Shown piece by piece: positions 48,054 to 59,956 of a DNA stretch of 64,000 nucleotides. The notes under the pieces are model-generated. The model did no database searches. It was given only the letters and a program-made list of their open reading frames with translations, and had not been told where the DNA came from. The stretch is taken from positions 77 to 64,076 of IMG/VR virus record IMGVR_UViG_3300037088_000771; one strand, written 5' to 3'. This DNA comes from a virus. Taxonomy: Duplodnaviria > Caudoviricetes. Position 1 is the stretch's first letter. Each line of letters begins with the position of its first letter. The translations under genes and the position numbers were made by a program.

Positions 48054-49175
48054 ATGATCACAGACATAAAATTTGATTTTGATGACATTCTGATAGTACC
48101 TGACGTTCGTTCAGATATTAGTAGTCGTTATAAAGACATTACATTACCTGAAATATTTCCACTATTTACAGCACCAATGGATACGGTGGTTGATCTTAAG
48201 AATATGGATTATTTTATGGACGGCAAAATCAATGTTACTCTACCAAGAACCATAAAATATGATCAATTCAAAGAATATGTACGTAATGAAAACATGCAGT
48301 TCTATGATAAAGTGTTTATTAGTCTGGGATTCAACGATATTTTAGAACACGTACCAACAATGTTTTTAAGATTTCACAGTAATGCACATATTCTTATTGA
48401 CGTTGCTAATGGTCACATGGAAAAAATTGTTGAATTTGCAAAGATGATTAAAAAATTCAGACCAGACATTAAGATTATGGTTGGAAATATAGCCAATCCA
48501 GAAACATATACTTGGTATGCACAACAAAACTGTGTTGATTATATCAGGGTTGGTATTGGTAATGGTGGTGGGTGTTTAACAACCAAACAGAGTGGTGTTG
48601 GTCATCCGATGGCATCGTTAATTAATGAAACATATCACGCAAAACAAAGATTTATTGATGATCAGGCAGAAGGTGCACTTCTTAACAGAAATAATCCAGA
48701 CAGCATAATAAAGCGTAAAATAGTTACTTGTCTTCCTGAAATTGTTGCTGATGGCGGTATGAAGGATTATTCTGATGTTATTAAGGCATTTGCACTTGGA
48801 GCAGACTATGTTATGCTTGGTTCGATATTTAATAAGGCATTGGAGAGTGCAGGAAAAAATTATCTTTATAAAATAAGATTAAACAACAGACTTGCCAGAT
48901 ATTTTTACGATAAAGGTTATCCTGTAAAGAAGTATTTCAGAGGCATGAGCACCAAGGAAGCGCAGAAAGCTATGGGAAAGACCAAAATAAAGACTTCTGA
49001 GGGCATTGTAAGATACAGGAAGGTAGAATATCATCTGGACGGTTGGATTGAAAATTTCGAACATTACCTACGAAATGCAATGAGTTATGCAAACGCAAAA
49101 ACATTAGATGAATTTATTGGTAGGGCAGACCTTTGCCAAATAACAAAAAGCGCATATGATAGATTTAACAAGTAA
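48054..49175 (+). CDS. IMP dehydrogenase / GMP reductase family protein
   Basis: TAPMDTV, IDVANGH, RVGIG.GGGCLT, IVADGG, GADYVMLGS, RGMS. Confidence 0.9.
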   Translation: MITDIKFDFDDILIVPDVRSDISSRYKDITLPEIFPLFTAPMDTVVDLKNMDYFMDGKINVTLPRTIKYDQFKEYVRNENMQFYDKVFISLGFNDILEHVPTMFLRFHSNAHILIDVANGHMEKIVEFAKMIKKFRPDIKIMVGNIANPETYTWYAQQNCVDYIRVGIGNGGGCLTTKQSGVGHPMASLINETYHAKQRFIDDQAEGALLNRNNPDSIIKRKIVTCLPEIVADGGMKDYSDVIKAFALGADYVMLGSIFNKALESAGKNYLYKIRLNNRLARYFYDKGYPVKKYFRGMSTKEAQKAMGKTKIKTSEGIVRYRKVEYHLDGWIENFEHYLRNAMSYANAKTLDEFIGRADLCQITKSAYDRFNK

Positions 49176-50236
49176 AAAACCAGAAGAAATTAATGCTCTT
49201 ATCCAAAAATGGTTACCAGCATTACAGGACAGCAAAGTTGCTCCAGAACATTACCTTCAGATTGCATACATTATTGACATTGCGACAGTGCATATTAAGG
49301 ATATGTATAATGAGTTGACACCTGAGTGGAAAGCATGGTGTATTGTTATGCTAAGAGACTTATATAAAAAGAATAAGATTAATAATGATTCAGATATTAC
49401 GAATATTATTGATGATTTTATCAATGACTACAACTTAAATTATGAATCATATTGTGGTTATATGGCTTCAGCGAGCGAATATGATCAGCAAAGAGGATTT
49501 GTTCATGGTTATACATTAAAAAAGGGTAGATAAACTACCCTTTCTCTTATTATGTTAACTCCAGTTCCGCTAATTGATCTTCATATTTTAGCTTCAATAT
49601 TTCCAAGTTTTCTTTTTTCTTGTCAGAAATCTTATACTTTACAAAATTTGCAATTTTTACTTCAAGTTCAGCAATCTTATGTTCAAGAATTTCCTTGTCT
49701 CTTTCTTTACTCATGGTAGTAGTATTTAATTTAAATTTATTTTACTATAAATACTAATAACTCTTGCTTTTTCACAGAACATAGCTTATATTTGAACTTT
49801 ATATTTTAATTATGGAAAACTACATTAAATATCAAAGGTTTGTAAAACAAACCACGGAAGATAAAATACAAGAATTTTTTGACGAATTAATTCAAGGTGG
49901 CTGGGATATAATTTATTACAGCGAATTCGTTGAAACCAAAAGAAACATTAATGCACAATCAAGCACAGGCGCAGTAACAAATGAAAATATCTTTAGACTT
50001 ATTGCGGTTTGTGGTAAAAAAGCTAACTTAATTAAAAATGTTTTATGAGCAAAGATTCTGGTTATTTAGTTGAAACAAAGACAGGTAAACAAGGCAGAAC
50101 TTTTCATCGTGAAAGATTACTCAATGGTAAGCTGATTGTTTACGTTGAAGTTGAAGAAGAAGAAAAAATAGAAATGAAAAAATTTCTATGCGACCCTCAG
50201 ACGGTAAAAATAATTGGATATGTAGATTAATTAAAC

Positions 50237-50647
50237 ATGGACGACTTAAAATTAGACCTAAACCACACATACTTATTAAGATATGGTTGTACAGACACTG
50301 TGTCTTCATTAACTATCTTAATGATAACTGATAAAGCGTATAAAGTTCGCTGGAACGGTAGCGGTGCAGAAACTTGGGAATTAAAAAGACGCATATATTC
50401 TGACTATTCATTAGTTGAAGATATTAGCGATTTTGTTGCATCCAAACCAGAAAACCTTAAATTTGATATTATTTATAAAGATGTTGATGTAAAATGGCAT
50501 CCATACTTCTTGGTTGAAGAAAACTGTAAAGTATGTGGTGGCTCTGGACAGGTGGCAAATTTCGAATCAACTGCAGGTACTAAAATATGCCCTGCTTGCA
50601 ACGGTAGTGGCAAAGCATCCAAAAGAGTAGACCTTTTATTTGACTAA
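50237..50647 (+). CDS. protein with DnaJ-type CxxCxGxG Zn finger
   Basis: CKVCGGSG and CPACNGSG. Confidence 0.65.
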   Translation: MDDLKLDLNHTYLLRYGCTDTVSSLTILMITDKAYKVRWNGSGAETWELKRRIYSDYSLVEDISDFVASKPENLKFDIIYKDVDVKWHPYFLVEENCKVCGGSGQVANFESTAGTKICPACNGSGKASKRVDLLFD

Positions 50648-50688
50648 CCATTTACAAGTCTTCTTAGTATTTATTGAAAACTGTTTCA

Positions 50689-51345
50689 ATGAATCAAAGA
50701 CTATTGGCAATCATCAGAGAAGAAATCGAAAACTGGTTCAATGATGATGATCAGGGTGTTCTTAATGCATATAACGATAAGTTCATGAGTACCAATGCTC
50801 CCCCAGCAGCAGTTGCTCCAGCACAACAAAAGCAACAGCCAAGAATGGATGGTGAATTAGTTAGTTATGTCACAAAAGAATGGTCAAGACAGTTACCTGT
50901 ACCAATACCAATATTTTTAAATCCCAGATCACTTACGGGTGCGGAAGCTGGTGCAAGAGGCGTTTTATTAGGAAACGGTGATTTTTATGTTACGCCTAAA
51001 GCAAACGCAATGCACGACAACATATTGGCAGCACTTGGTGAATTAGGTGTTATACCAATAGCAAAAGCATATCATTATTATGATAACTATCCTGAAGAAT
51101 TTGTTGCAGTAGAAAGAATTTTTAACACAAATACATTTGGTCAGTCATCTGCTTATGATGAATTTCCAGAATTCTATCAAGAAATATTCAATATTGGTAA
51201 TGAAAACCAACCATTTCATTTCAAACCAGTGCCAATTGACGGCAATATAAATGAAATAGAAAGTCCTTTAGACCCTAATTTTCAGATATCATACTTTCCA
51301 CAAGGATATGACGCTGGTATTGTCAACGAAATTGCAAAAAAATAG
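50689..51345 (+). CDS. hypothetical protein with IIREE N-terminal motif
   Basis: ORF preceded by agtatttatt. Confidence 0.65.
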   Translation: MNQRLLAIIREEIENWFNDDDQGVLNAYNDKFMSTNAPPAAVAPAQQKQQPRMDGELVSYVTKEWSRQLPVPIPIFLNPRSLTGAEAGARGVLLGNGDFYVTPKANAMHDNILAALGELGVIPIAKAYHYYDNYPEEFVAVERIFNTNTFGQSSAYDEFPEFYQEIFNIGNENQPFHFKPVPIDGNINEIESPLDPNFQISYFPQGYDAGIVNEIAKK

Positions 51346-51666
51346 GGTATAAACCCTAATTTTTTCTAATTTTTCTTAATAGTTGCCTGAGAATCAATAA
51401 TTCTTCGGTCTGGGGTCTTCAACACACCATTTTCTATAAAGATCAACTTTTCTCTTCATATCTCTTGCTTTTTTCTGCAGTTCATCCAAAGATGTTGCAA
51501 GCAAAACTTCGTTTATTGGGACACCACTTGGCGAACTATCATCAAGATATCTACCAAGGAAAGCATTGCCACTGTCGGCAAGTTTGTGCATTTCAGGAGA
51601 GTTAGGATATAACTCTTTAACTTCTCTGATTAATTCTGGTGAATACATATTTATAAATTTAATGGG

Positions 51667-52440
51667 TTACAATTGATCAAATTCTGGTATCCAACGTTTT
51701 GGAAGCCTTCTGAACTTAAAGGTTTTAGTTTCAAGTTCTTCTTCAGTTAACACAGAATCACTATATGGTCTGACTTGGGTTTTCTTACCCTTCTTTCTTT
51801 CCTTGATTGATACATCAAAAACACCGACATCATCTTTCCAAAAATACCAAATATCTCGATTCTGACCATAATGCCATAGACTAAGATTGTAAAAATAATG
51901 AGTGTAATTCTTTTTCAGATATTCTTGGACTTCACGCACATATCCTTTGAGAACAAAGTTGCCTTTGTATTTAGAGTACACAAAACATAAACAATATGCG
52001 CCACCAGCCATACCAGATTTTCCATCGGCAGGTATTTCAATGACAGGATATTTTTTATTTAAAAGTGAACGTTGTCTTTTTTCGTAGATTTTCACGGCTT
52101 GATCTCTGTAAAATGCATAATTATCAACATCAGTGATACTTTTCTTTTCTTCAAGTGTAAGTTCTCTCTTAAATCTCAAGCCAGTGTTACTTAGAAATAC
52201 CTGCCAAGCAATTTTTTCAATTTCCTGCATTTTATTAAATTTATCAATGTTTTCTTTTGGAAAAAGAGAAGTACCAGCAAATTTTGAAAATAAGTCTTCT
52301 GGTTCTTTTGGCTTTGGCAGACTTGAACTTGGTCTGTCATTACAAACCTTATGCTCACCGCATAATTCACATTGACCTATGGATTTACAGAGACTTTCAG
52401 GGTATCCGTTTTTCTTTGCACAATCATTACAATAAAACAT
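51667..52440 (-). CDS. hypothetical protein with N-terminal Cys-rich domain
   Basis: 257-aa ORF, CNDC...CELC..CND. Confidence 0.65.
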   Translation of the reverse strand: MFYCNDCAKKNGYPESLCKSIGQCELCGEHKVCNDRPSSSLPKPKEPEDLFSKFAGTSLFPKENIDKFNKMQEIEKIAWQVFLSNTGLRFKRELTLEEKKSITDVDNYAFYRDQAVKIYEKRQRSLLNKKYPVIEIPADGKSGMAGGAYCLCFVYSKYKGNFVLKGYVREVQEYLKKNYTHYFYNLSLWHYGQNRDIWYFWKDDVGVFDVSIKERKKGKKTQVRPYSDSVLTEEELETKTFKFRRLPKRWIPEFDQL

Positions 52441-52617
52441 ATCTTATTAATTTAAGTTTCAAAAAAAGTTTAGGAAGGCACAGAAATATATCGATCAGTT
52501 ATGCGTTTATATTTAGACCAAATTCCTGTGCCTTCGGGTCAGTTATGCGTTATATATAAGACCACCCATCTGCTTGAAGGGCAAAGTTACCCTTGGAGCA
52601 GAACCTAAACAATGTTG

Positions 52618-52774
52618 TGGGGACGGAGGGTGTCGAACCCCCAGAGTCTGCTGTTCTTCATGATAACCAATTTCGAACTTGTCTACCACTATCACCAACC
52701 TACCAACGACTTAGTATACTCCATCGTTTCACCTGACTAACGTCAGGCAGCTTTACCAATTTGCTTACGTCCCC
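52618..52774 (-). ncRNA. tRNA-like RNA with large internal insertion
   Basis: Acceptor ggggacg/cgtcccc+A, D arm agc-aaattggtaaa-gct, T arm ggggg-ttcgaca-ccctc; ~157 nt. Confidence 0.7.
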
Positions 52775-52788
52775 GTAAATTTTAAAAT

Positions 52789-53195
52789 AATGAAACGGTG
52801 TGTTGTTACACCAAATGCTCTTAGGACTGCCATAAGCGTTGAAAAAGAGAGCTTAACTAATACACTCTCAAGCTGATTTCCCTCTCGTACTTTCACGCCA
52901 AGGCTATCTCGTAACCTCTAATCTTAATTCCAACATCCTCTCGTATTTGGAACTTACTTATTGCATAACTACTAACCTGCAATATCTCCCCAGCCACGTT
53001 GGATGTCTCGGTATTTCGACCTAAACCGCTACTGTATGAAGAATTTTCAGCTTTCGTTTTCCGATGGCTCTACGTGCGAACCCTATAGTTAGATACCGCC
53101 CACGCTTGTCAACGCTGTATCAGCATAATACAGTTTAACTTCCATTGGCAACTCTTTGAATGATGGCTACTTCCAAGCCTACATTCCGCCTCATT
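52789..53195 (-). ncRNA. large ncRNA with 23S rRNA-like modules
   Basis: Terminal stem aatgaggcgg/ccgtttcatt; split uL11-binding-domain sequence; AGUACGAGAGG sarcin-ricin-like loop; no credible ORF. Confidence 0.8.
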
Positions 53196-53219
53196 AACTT
53201 TTTCAAAGAACTTTATTTG

Positions 53220-53345
53220 TGGTTCAAGAAGGAATCGAACCTCCTGATACATGCGTTTCAGATATCACTCCACACACAACCCGATCTCCAACCATCCATC
53301 AAACTAATTATGCATTTTCATTTGACTTCTGGTGATCGTTGAACC
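53220..53345 (-). ncRNA. RNA with tRNA-like acceptor/T-arm domain
   Basis: ggttcaa/ttgaacc+A; T arm ggagg-ttcgatt-ccttc; non-cloverleaf interior. Confidence 0.65.
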
Positions 53346-54402
53346 GTTATGAAACCTTATACGAATAATCATTATAAAAGGTTACACTTTTTTTAAAAAA
53401 ACTTGAAAATGTCTTTTACACTTTCCTGCATATACCTGAGTTTCTTCTACTTTCACATTATAATCGTTACTTACATTAAAAAACATTGTGCCAATATTTT
53501 CAGGTAACCCATCTGGATAAGGTGTTGTAATACTAAACCAGAGATTCTTACCAAGTCCACTGTCTTCAACAGTAAAACTATCATTTTTCATCAACTCTAA
53601 CGCCAGATTAAGATGCTTATACAAATCAATCTCTTCTTTTTCGTGTTTAAGAGAAGTGTTAATATTTAACATTCTGTCATCAAATACATCCAACATAGTT
53701 ATCTACTCTTTTAATTCTGTTCCTGTATGAGTTATTATGAAGTTTACTTTAATGTATTCAATTGGTTTTACTGGTTGAAAATAAATATTAAGAATACTAT
53801 TCTTAACATCGAGTTTTTCCTTTATTTCACCAATTAATTCACCTTTATAGTAACATTTATTTTCTTCATCAATGCTATACTTAGCAGCATGCTTTAAATC
53901 GTTACAGATCGCAGCTAATATTAAATTATTTATAATCATAAGTTAATTTTTTTATACAGCAAATGTAAGTATTCTTTATTTAAAATCATAATATTTTATA
54001 ATTTTTCATGTCCAGAAAAGTATTTATATCTGTAACAGAGGTAAATAACTTTTGCCTATGACAGATATTAAACTCAAAGATATTAAAGATTCTTTCTTTC
54101 TCTTCTTCGCTCAAATGTTATCGTTTGCCATCATTACTATAAACTATCGTGCCGTAGCACAAGCAAGTTATGTTTGGTCAGTATTGACCGATTTTGTTGT
54201 TGCTGGTCTGTCATATTTTGTAGTGAAAAAAATTGCTAAATCAAAAGACAGTAAAGCACAATGGATAGGTTTTACAATTGGCAGTGGATTGGGTACAGCA
54301 ATCGGTATTTGGATTTCTAAAATTATTCTTGGTCAATAAGCAGCATTTATATATTCGTGTCGTCTTTAAGTAAAAATAATCTTTTATTTAAAAACAACAA
54401 TC

Positions 54403-54627
54403 ATGGCAACTTTAAAAAAAACAAAGAAAAGAGTATTCGCTGGAGTTTGTGGCGGTATAGCCAAATTCATAGACCCAGATATCAACCCACTTGGAATAAG
54501 ACTATTATGGTTTTTCGTTGCATTATTTCACCCCTTCACTATGTTATTGATTTACCTATTCTTAGCAGCAACACTCAGAACAGAATTGTCAATCTTCACT
54601 GATGATAAAACTAAAGCAGAGGTTTAA
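54403..54627 (+). CDS. PspC-domain membrane protein
   Basis: FAGVCGGIA..I......IRL.W.........IY. Confidence 0.85.
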   Translation: MATLKKTKKRVFAGVCGGIAKFIDPDINPLGIRLLWFFVALFHPFTMLLIYLFLAATLRTELSIFTDDKTKAEV

Positions 54628-54685
54628 ATTATCATGATAATGTAAAATATATTTTACAAATATGCACCTTTTTGTAAAATATATT

Positions 54686-55114
54686 TTACGTTATACTATA
54701 ATCTGCTATGGTATGAATGGCTGCTCCTGCTTCCAAACCAACACACATTTGAAGCAATAAATGCCAATTGATTGCTTTGACAATATGCAAGTCACCTTTA
54801 AAGGAAAATATTATGATTGGTATTATGCTGAGATATAATACTCTTATTATCGTCCCAATCACTAATCCATGCGTAAATACACTACGGTGATGAAACATTA
54901 ATTGATATGGTATCCAGATCATTTTAAACACCCACCAACGATTATATGGTGCACTGTTTGCATCCAAATCACCGTTAAACATAAAAGAAGCAAAAAGATA
55001 ACACCCAAGAATAAATCCTGTTGTTAACAAATTCTTTGTCAGATAATAAGTTACTCCTGCAACAATTGGCGCAGCAACTACTGTTATAATGTCATGTGTT
55101 TTTCCGTTCGGCAT
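54686..55114 (-). CDS. DUF2227-like metal-binding membrane protein
   Basis: MP.GKTHD, DLD, W.PY...HRS..THG..IGT, H...D. Confidence 0.8.
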   Translation of the reverse strand: MPNGKTHDIITVVAAPIVAGVTYYLTKNLLTTGFILGCYLFASFMFNGDLDANSAPYNRWWVFKMIWIPYQLMFHHRSVFTHGLVIGTIIRVLYLSIIPIIIFSFKGDLHIVKAINWHLLLQMCVGLEAGAAIHTIADYSIT

Positions 55115-55213
55115 AGTTCTTCAATTTATTTATTAATATGCCATTATACGCAAAACATTTAAAAAGGTTACAATTTTAACAGTCTTTTTAAGTATTTATG
55201 ATAAATTACAAGC

Positions 55214-56197
55214 ATGCTAACATTTCAATCACACCCAGATGAAGTTAAGGAAATGCAGAATATTATTAATTCTGGCAAATACTTTTCAGTTACATTTATA
55301 AAGAAAGATGGCTCGATCAGATATGTAAACGGTCATAAAATAATATATCAAAGCACTTCTCCTGACACCGAAAACAGGGGCAAATTTGATAGATTGACTT
55401 CTAATATATTATTGGTGTGGGACAACAACAGAGTGAATGACATGACAGGCGAAAAGGGACAATATATCTCAGTGACATTAAGTAGGTTATTATATTTTAA
55501 AGCAGGACAATTCGTTCGTGATTACACACAGGAAAATGCTGATGCTATCCGTGCTGCTGGCATAACACCAGAACAAATAGAACAAATAAAAACGAAAATG
55601 AAAATAGACGGTATAGTACAAGAAGAAATTCAAAGTCTTTATGAAGCACCTGATTACAATAAAGTTCTTGGTAAAGTAATTGCAACCACACAACAAATGA
55701 TTGATCAGGCAAGAGCAGATGATATAACAGCAATAGAACCTGATAGTACTTGGGAAACCATGTATCAATTCGAAAGCATAAGACTCATGACCACTCAATT
55801 AGTAATAAAATATCTCGAAAATGCTGGTAGAGGCTGGGAGAAAAAAACAGATGTAACTAACTTAACACAAGACAGAACCAGAGAATTCATGGATTCAAAA
55901 GCAGTGATTTCTTGGATTAGAAGAGCAATAAGAAAAGGTTATACTGCAGAACGCAGAGACATGAAAGCACAAGACAAATTAAATTTACAAGAAGCACCCG
56001 AATTATTAACAATGGTAACACTTGGTGAATACATGTCAAGAACTGACCCGAATCTTACTCCAGAAGATGCAACAGCACTTTTACAGAAAGAATATCAAAC
56101 AGGCGGTGATGAAGCAGTTGCAAAAATGTTTCGTGAAGTTTCATTAGGTACAGACTTACAAATACTCGGCAGAGGTAAATATGCATTTAAATTTTAA
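55214..56197 (+). CDS. protein with N-terminal SH3/WYL-like domain
   Basis: FSVTFIKKDGSIR motif. Confidence 0.55.
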   Translation: MLTFQSHPDEVKEMQNIINSGKYFSVTFIKKDGSIRYVNGHKIIYQSTSPDTENRGKFDRLTSNILLVWDNNRVNDMTGEKGQYISVTLSRLLYFKAGQFVRDYTQENADAIRAAGITPEQIEQIKTKMKIDGIVQEEIQSLYEAPDYNKVLGKVIATTQQMIDQARADDITAIEPDSTWETMYQFESIRLMTTQLVIKYLENAGRGWEKKTDVTNLTQDRTREFMDSKAVISWIRRAIRKGYTAERRDMKAQDKLNLQEAPELLTMVTLGEYMSRTDPNLTPEDATALLQKEYQTGGDEAVAKMFREVSLGTDLQILGRGKYAFKF

Positions 56198-57152
56198 AAA
56201 AATGTCATCAACTTATTCATATATAAAGAAAAACGACTATAATCTTATGGACAATTTCTATCTTGTTTTAATTAAAAACACTGGTGAAGTAATTCACAAC
56301 ATATTTGCAACATCCCATAAGGACTTGATTGCGAAATACATTACTCCTGAAGATGTAAGAGATAGAACATACTTCAAAGCAACATTCACCCCAAAAGAAG
56401 GGTGTAGACTTGATGACATTGACAACTATCAACTTCTATTCAATGAAGTATATATACCAGAATGGTTTAGTGGCGAACTTGAAAAAGATGTAAAAAGACT
56501 ATTAAGACATATAATTGGTTCAATGATCATAAAGAATCACAGACAATTATTACTACACGAAGGTGGTATCTTAGTTGGTAAAGGCATGGTAAGCGAAATG
56601 AAACACTCCATTATATTTGCTATGTATGATGAATCAGTTATAGATGTGCTTGACAATAGTTCTGAAGTTCGTTACATGACAGATGATTGCTTTATTGTTG
56701 ATATGAGAGATTCTACAAGGGTCGAAGAAATGCTCGGTTTTTCCAAGGTAAAACAAATGCACAATTATAGTAAGATCATTAAAATGTACGGGCAAGCAAA
56801 AGTTGGAGAAATGTTTGATAATTCACGTATTGCAATGCTTAAAGGCGATGCCAATATTCTTGAAATGCATGATGCTTCACAAGCTGACAGACTCAAACAC
56901 CTGTCATGTGTATCTGAAATGCATGGTCACTCAGTAATCGAAGAAATGTGGGATTGGACATTGGTTGAAAAAATGTTTGATCAGAGCCGTATAAATTATA
57001 TGGACGAAGACAGTAAAGTACTTGAAATGCACGATGAATCAATGATTGAAATGATGGCAGGTAATGCAATCGTTGAAAAACTTTGCGAGAATTCTCTTGT
57101 ACGTAAACTCACTAACGCAGCCAAAATTCTTGAACAAAAATTAAATAATTAA
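56181..57152 (+). CDS. Met-rich 11-residue-repeat (beta-helix-like) protein
   Basis: Repeated M.(D/G).S.(I/V)..M units in the C-terminal half; start uncertain. Confidence 0.7.
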   Translation: MHLNFKKMSSTYSYIKKNDYNLMDNFYLVLIKNTGEVIHNIFATSHKDLIAKYITPEDVRDRTYFKATFTPKEGCRLDDIDNYQLLFNEVYIPEWFSGELEKDVKRLLRHIIGSMIIKNHRQLLLHEGGILVGKGMVSEMKHSIIFAMYDESVIDVLDNSSEVRYMTDDCFIVDMRDSTRVEEMLGFSKVKQMHNYSKIIKMYGQAKVGEMFDNSRIAMLKGDANILEMHDASQADRLKHLSCVSEMHGHSVIEEMWDWTLVEKMFDQSRINYMDEDSKVLEMHDESMIEMMAGNAIVEKLCENSLVRKLTNAAKILEQKLNN

Positions 57153-59956
57153 AAATATCTTTGGTTTTTAATTTCAATTGCATATCTTTGTCGGTGCAAA
57201 TAGATATGCTATGAAAAATAAAATTAAGAAAATCCTTTTAGAAACCCTCAAGTCAGCATATGACGGTGGAAATATTGATGATGGTGGTATCATGGGCGGT
57301 GATAATGCCGTTGATCAACTTTATGACCTCTTTGTTGATGAAGCAACATTTGTGAGACATCTTGAAAATCCAGAAGTCCCATACCAAGAAAAGCCAAAGA
57401 AAATTGGTGATATTCTTTACACGAACCCCAAGACTGGCAAAACTCAAAAACTTTTTGATACTCTAATTCCTGTTTATACTGTCAGATGTACTGAGCCAAT
57501 AGTAATTGGTGATAAAGGTTGTGCTGTTTTTATACATGTGGGAGCTATCACTAAAGAAGAAGCAATTGATAAGGCAATAAAAAACAAAGAATTCACCAGC
57601 CATATCAGGATGAAAGATTTTGATAAAAAATATCTCACTGTTTATCAATCAACAGGTAATTACGTAATTGGTAAAGTAGAATATTTTGAAGGTGATGAAA
57701 GACTGTGAAAATTTATATAAAGAAATATAATTATCAAACTGTCGAAGGCAAACTGACACGCACAGAAATACCACAGAGTTGGGTATATCAGTTATTTGTA
57801 AATATAATTTTATTTTTATTTAAGACAATTAATTTTAGACACGTTTATAATAAAGATGAATATAATAGGTTAGTTGTGAAAGAAATACTGGACATAAGAG
57901 GCTTACGCACATGCGCATATGAGGGAATTGGTGGTCAGATTTATATTTCACAATTTTTATTTAAAATAGGAAAATATTATATATGATAGTAATAGATAAG
58001 AACACATTAAGCGAACAACAACTGAGAGATATAACAAAAAATTATATCGGTATCAGGTACAGAACAAATAAAGATGGTAGCTTTGATGCATATCTCAATA
58101 TCTTCACTATATTTGCAGATATTTATAAGAAAATAAAAAACATATTCTCATGAAGATAATAAAACTTGACGACAATAATCCATACACATATCAACTATAT
58201 GACGCACTGGATGGAATTTTTTTCTTTGCTGCAGAATACCTGCCTTGGATATTTCTTAAAAAAGTTTATCTGGACGGCAAAGAACTACAATTGCCAAGAC
58301 TAATTACAAAGAAACATTTGGACTCTATTGATATTGACACACAAACATTAATGAACGAACTAAATAAATAATTATGAAAAATTCTATTGAGATATTCAAA
58401 ATGAATGGTAAAAGAAAAATTTATTCAATTATTATTTCAAAAGGTACTGATGATGTAAATGGTATCGTTAGCTTTCAGCCACAAGAGTATAACGAAGAAA
58501 ATCCTCAAGTAAAAATTATTATTAGTGGATTATTTTTTTCGGAGCATTTAAAAACTGGTTGCAAAGATTGTAATGCATTCTATAATGATTTTGGAACAAA
58601 TAAATCATGGTACATTAAATTTGACGATAAAGCATTTCCATTAGATTTAAAAGAATTTAATGGACGAAAATTTGATAAGAACTGGTTAACTGAAACACAC
58701 GGATATTATTTAAATGGAACTACTTTTAAATTTAAATTGTTAAGTTGGAAATAAAATGGAAGACAACTATATGGTTCATTTAGAATCAACAAACAGTGTT
58801 AAAATTATAAATCTTGAGACACAGGATTTAAGATTACCACCACCAGACCTTGAATAAATAACTAAATAAATAATTATGGAATCACCAGAAGTAAAAAAGC
58901 AAAAACTTGTTGCACAGTTAGTTGCAGTAGCAAGTAAAATTGCTGGAGAAAACAGAATCGGTAAGGCAAACTACGTTGTAGTCCCTGACAAAAACATTGA
59001 AGCCATTGCAAGAAAATTCAGCATAACAGTTGAAGCAGCACAGCAATTACTTGCAGATTATTTTGCATCAGAATTAAATAAATAATATTATGGCAAAGAC
59101 ATATCATTACGCAATAGTAAACAAAAACGGTAATCTGGTTTGCCTTGAAGGTAACCTACCTATCTATTGGAACAAAGCCGTTGCAATCAGAGAAAGAATT
59201 GAAAGGTGTGGAGATTCTGACAGAATTGTTAGAATAAGAATATCAGACCTTACAAAATTATTTGAACCAAACAAGTTAGCACAAAATAATTAAACACATG
59301 GAAAATAAATTTCAAATAGAACTCGAACAGCTTATCAATAAGCATTCAGTTGAAAGCGAAAGTAACACCCCTGATTTCATTCTTGCTGAGTATCTGGGCA
59401 ATTGTCTCAATATATTCAACATTGCAATAATGAGACGTGAATCATGGTATGGTAGAAATTCTTCATCAAAAAAAGTGGCTACTGCTGAAGATGAAGCAAT
59501 AATGCTTGAAAAAGCAGCATATGATCACAATTATAATAACTATTGTGCCAGATTAACATTAGGCATACGTCCAGCAATGACACCCTATGAACTGCTTGAT
59601 TATGATTTTGGTCGTGTAAGATCAGCTTCAGAAAGAGAAGCAATAAAAAGAATATTAGAAGAAAGAAATGCAAATTACGATACCAGCAACAATGCTTATA
59701 ACGATTGGGAAATTACATTAGTAAAAACCAATGGTTGCCTTTGTGGTCATAATGGTAAAACCATAACATATGGTAGTTCAATTGAGACAGTAAAGGTTAG
59801 AGATAAATTTTATGGAATAGGACAGAGAGTTAATGATGACGGTGTTATTGAAAAATTCGCAATTGTTGCATGTGGTAGAGTAAACGTAACTGTAAAGTAT
59901 AATCTCAATTGTCCGTTTAAATATTACAGAAAAACATTTGACATCGTAAATCTTTA

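Noticed and set aside
52789-53195. Genuine 23S rRNA gene fragment or host contamination
   Set aside because: Only short modules match, they are non-collinear with 23S, and they are enclosed in their own terminal stem within phage gene context.
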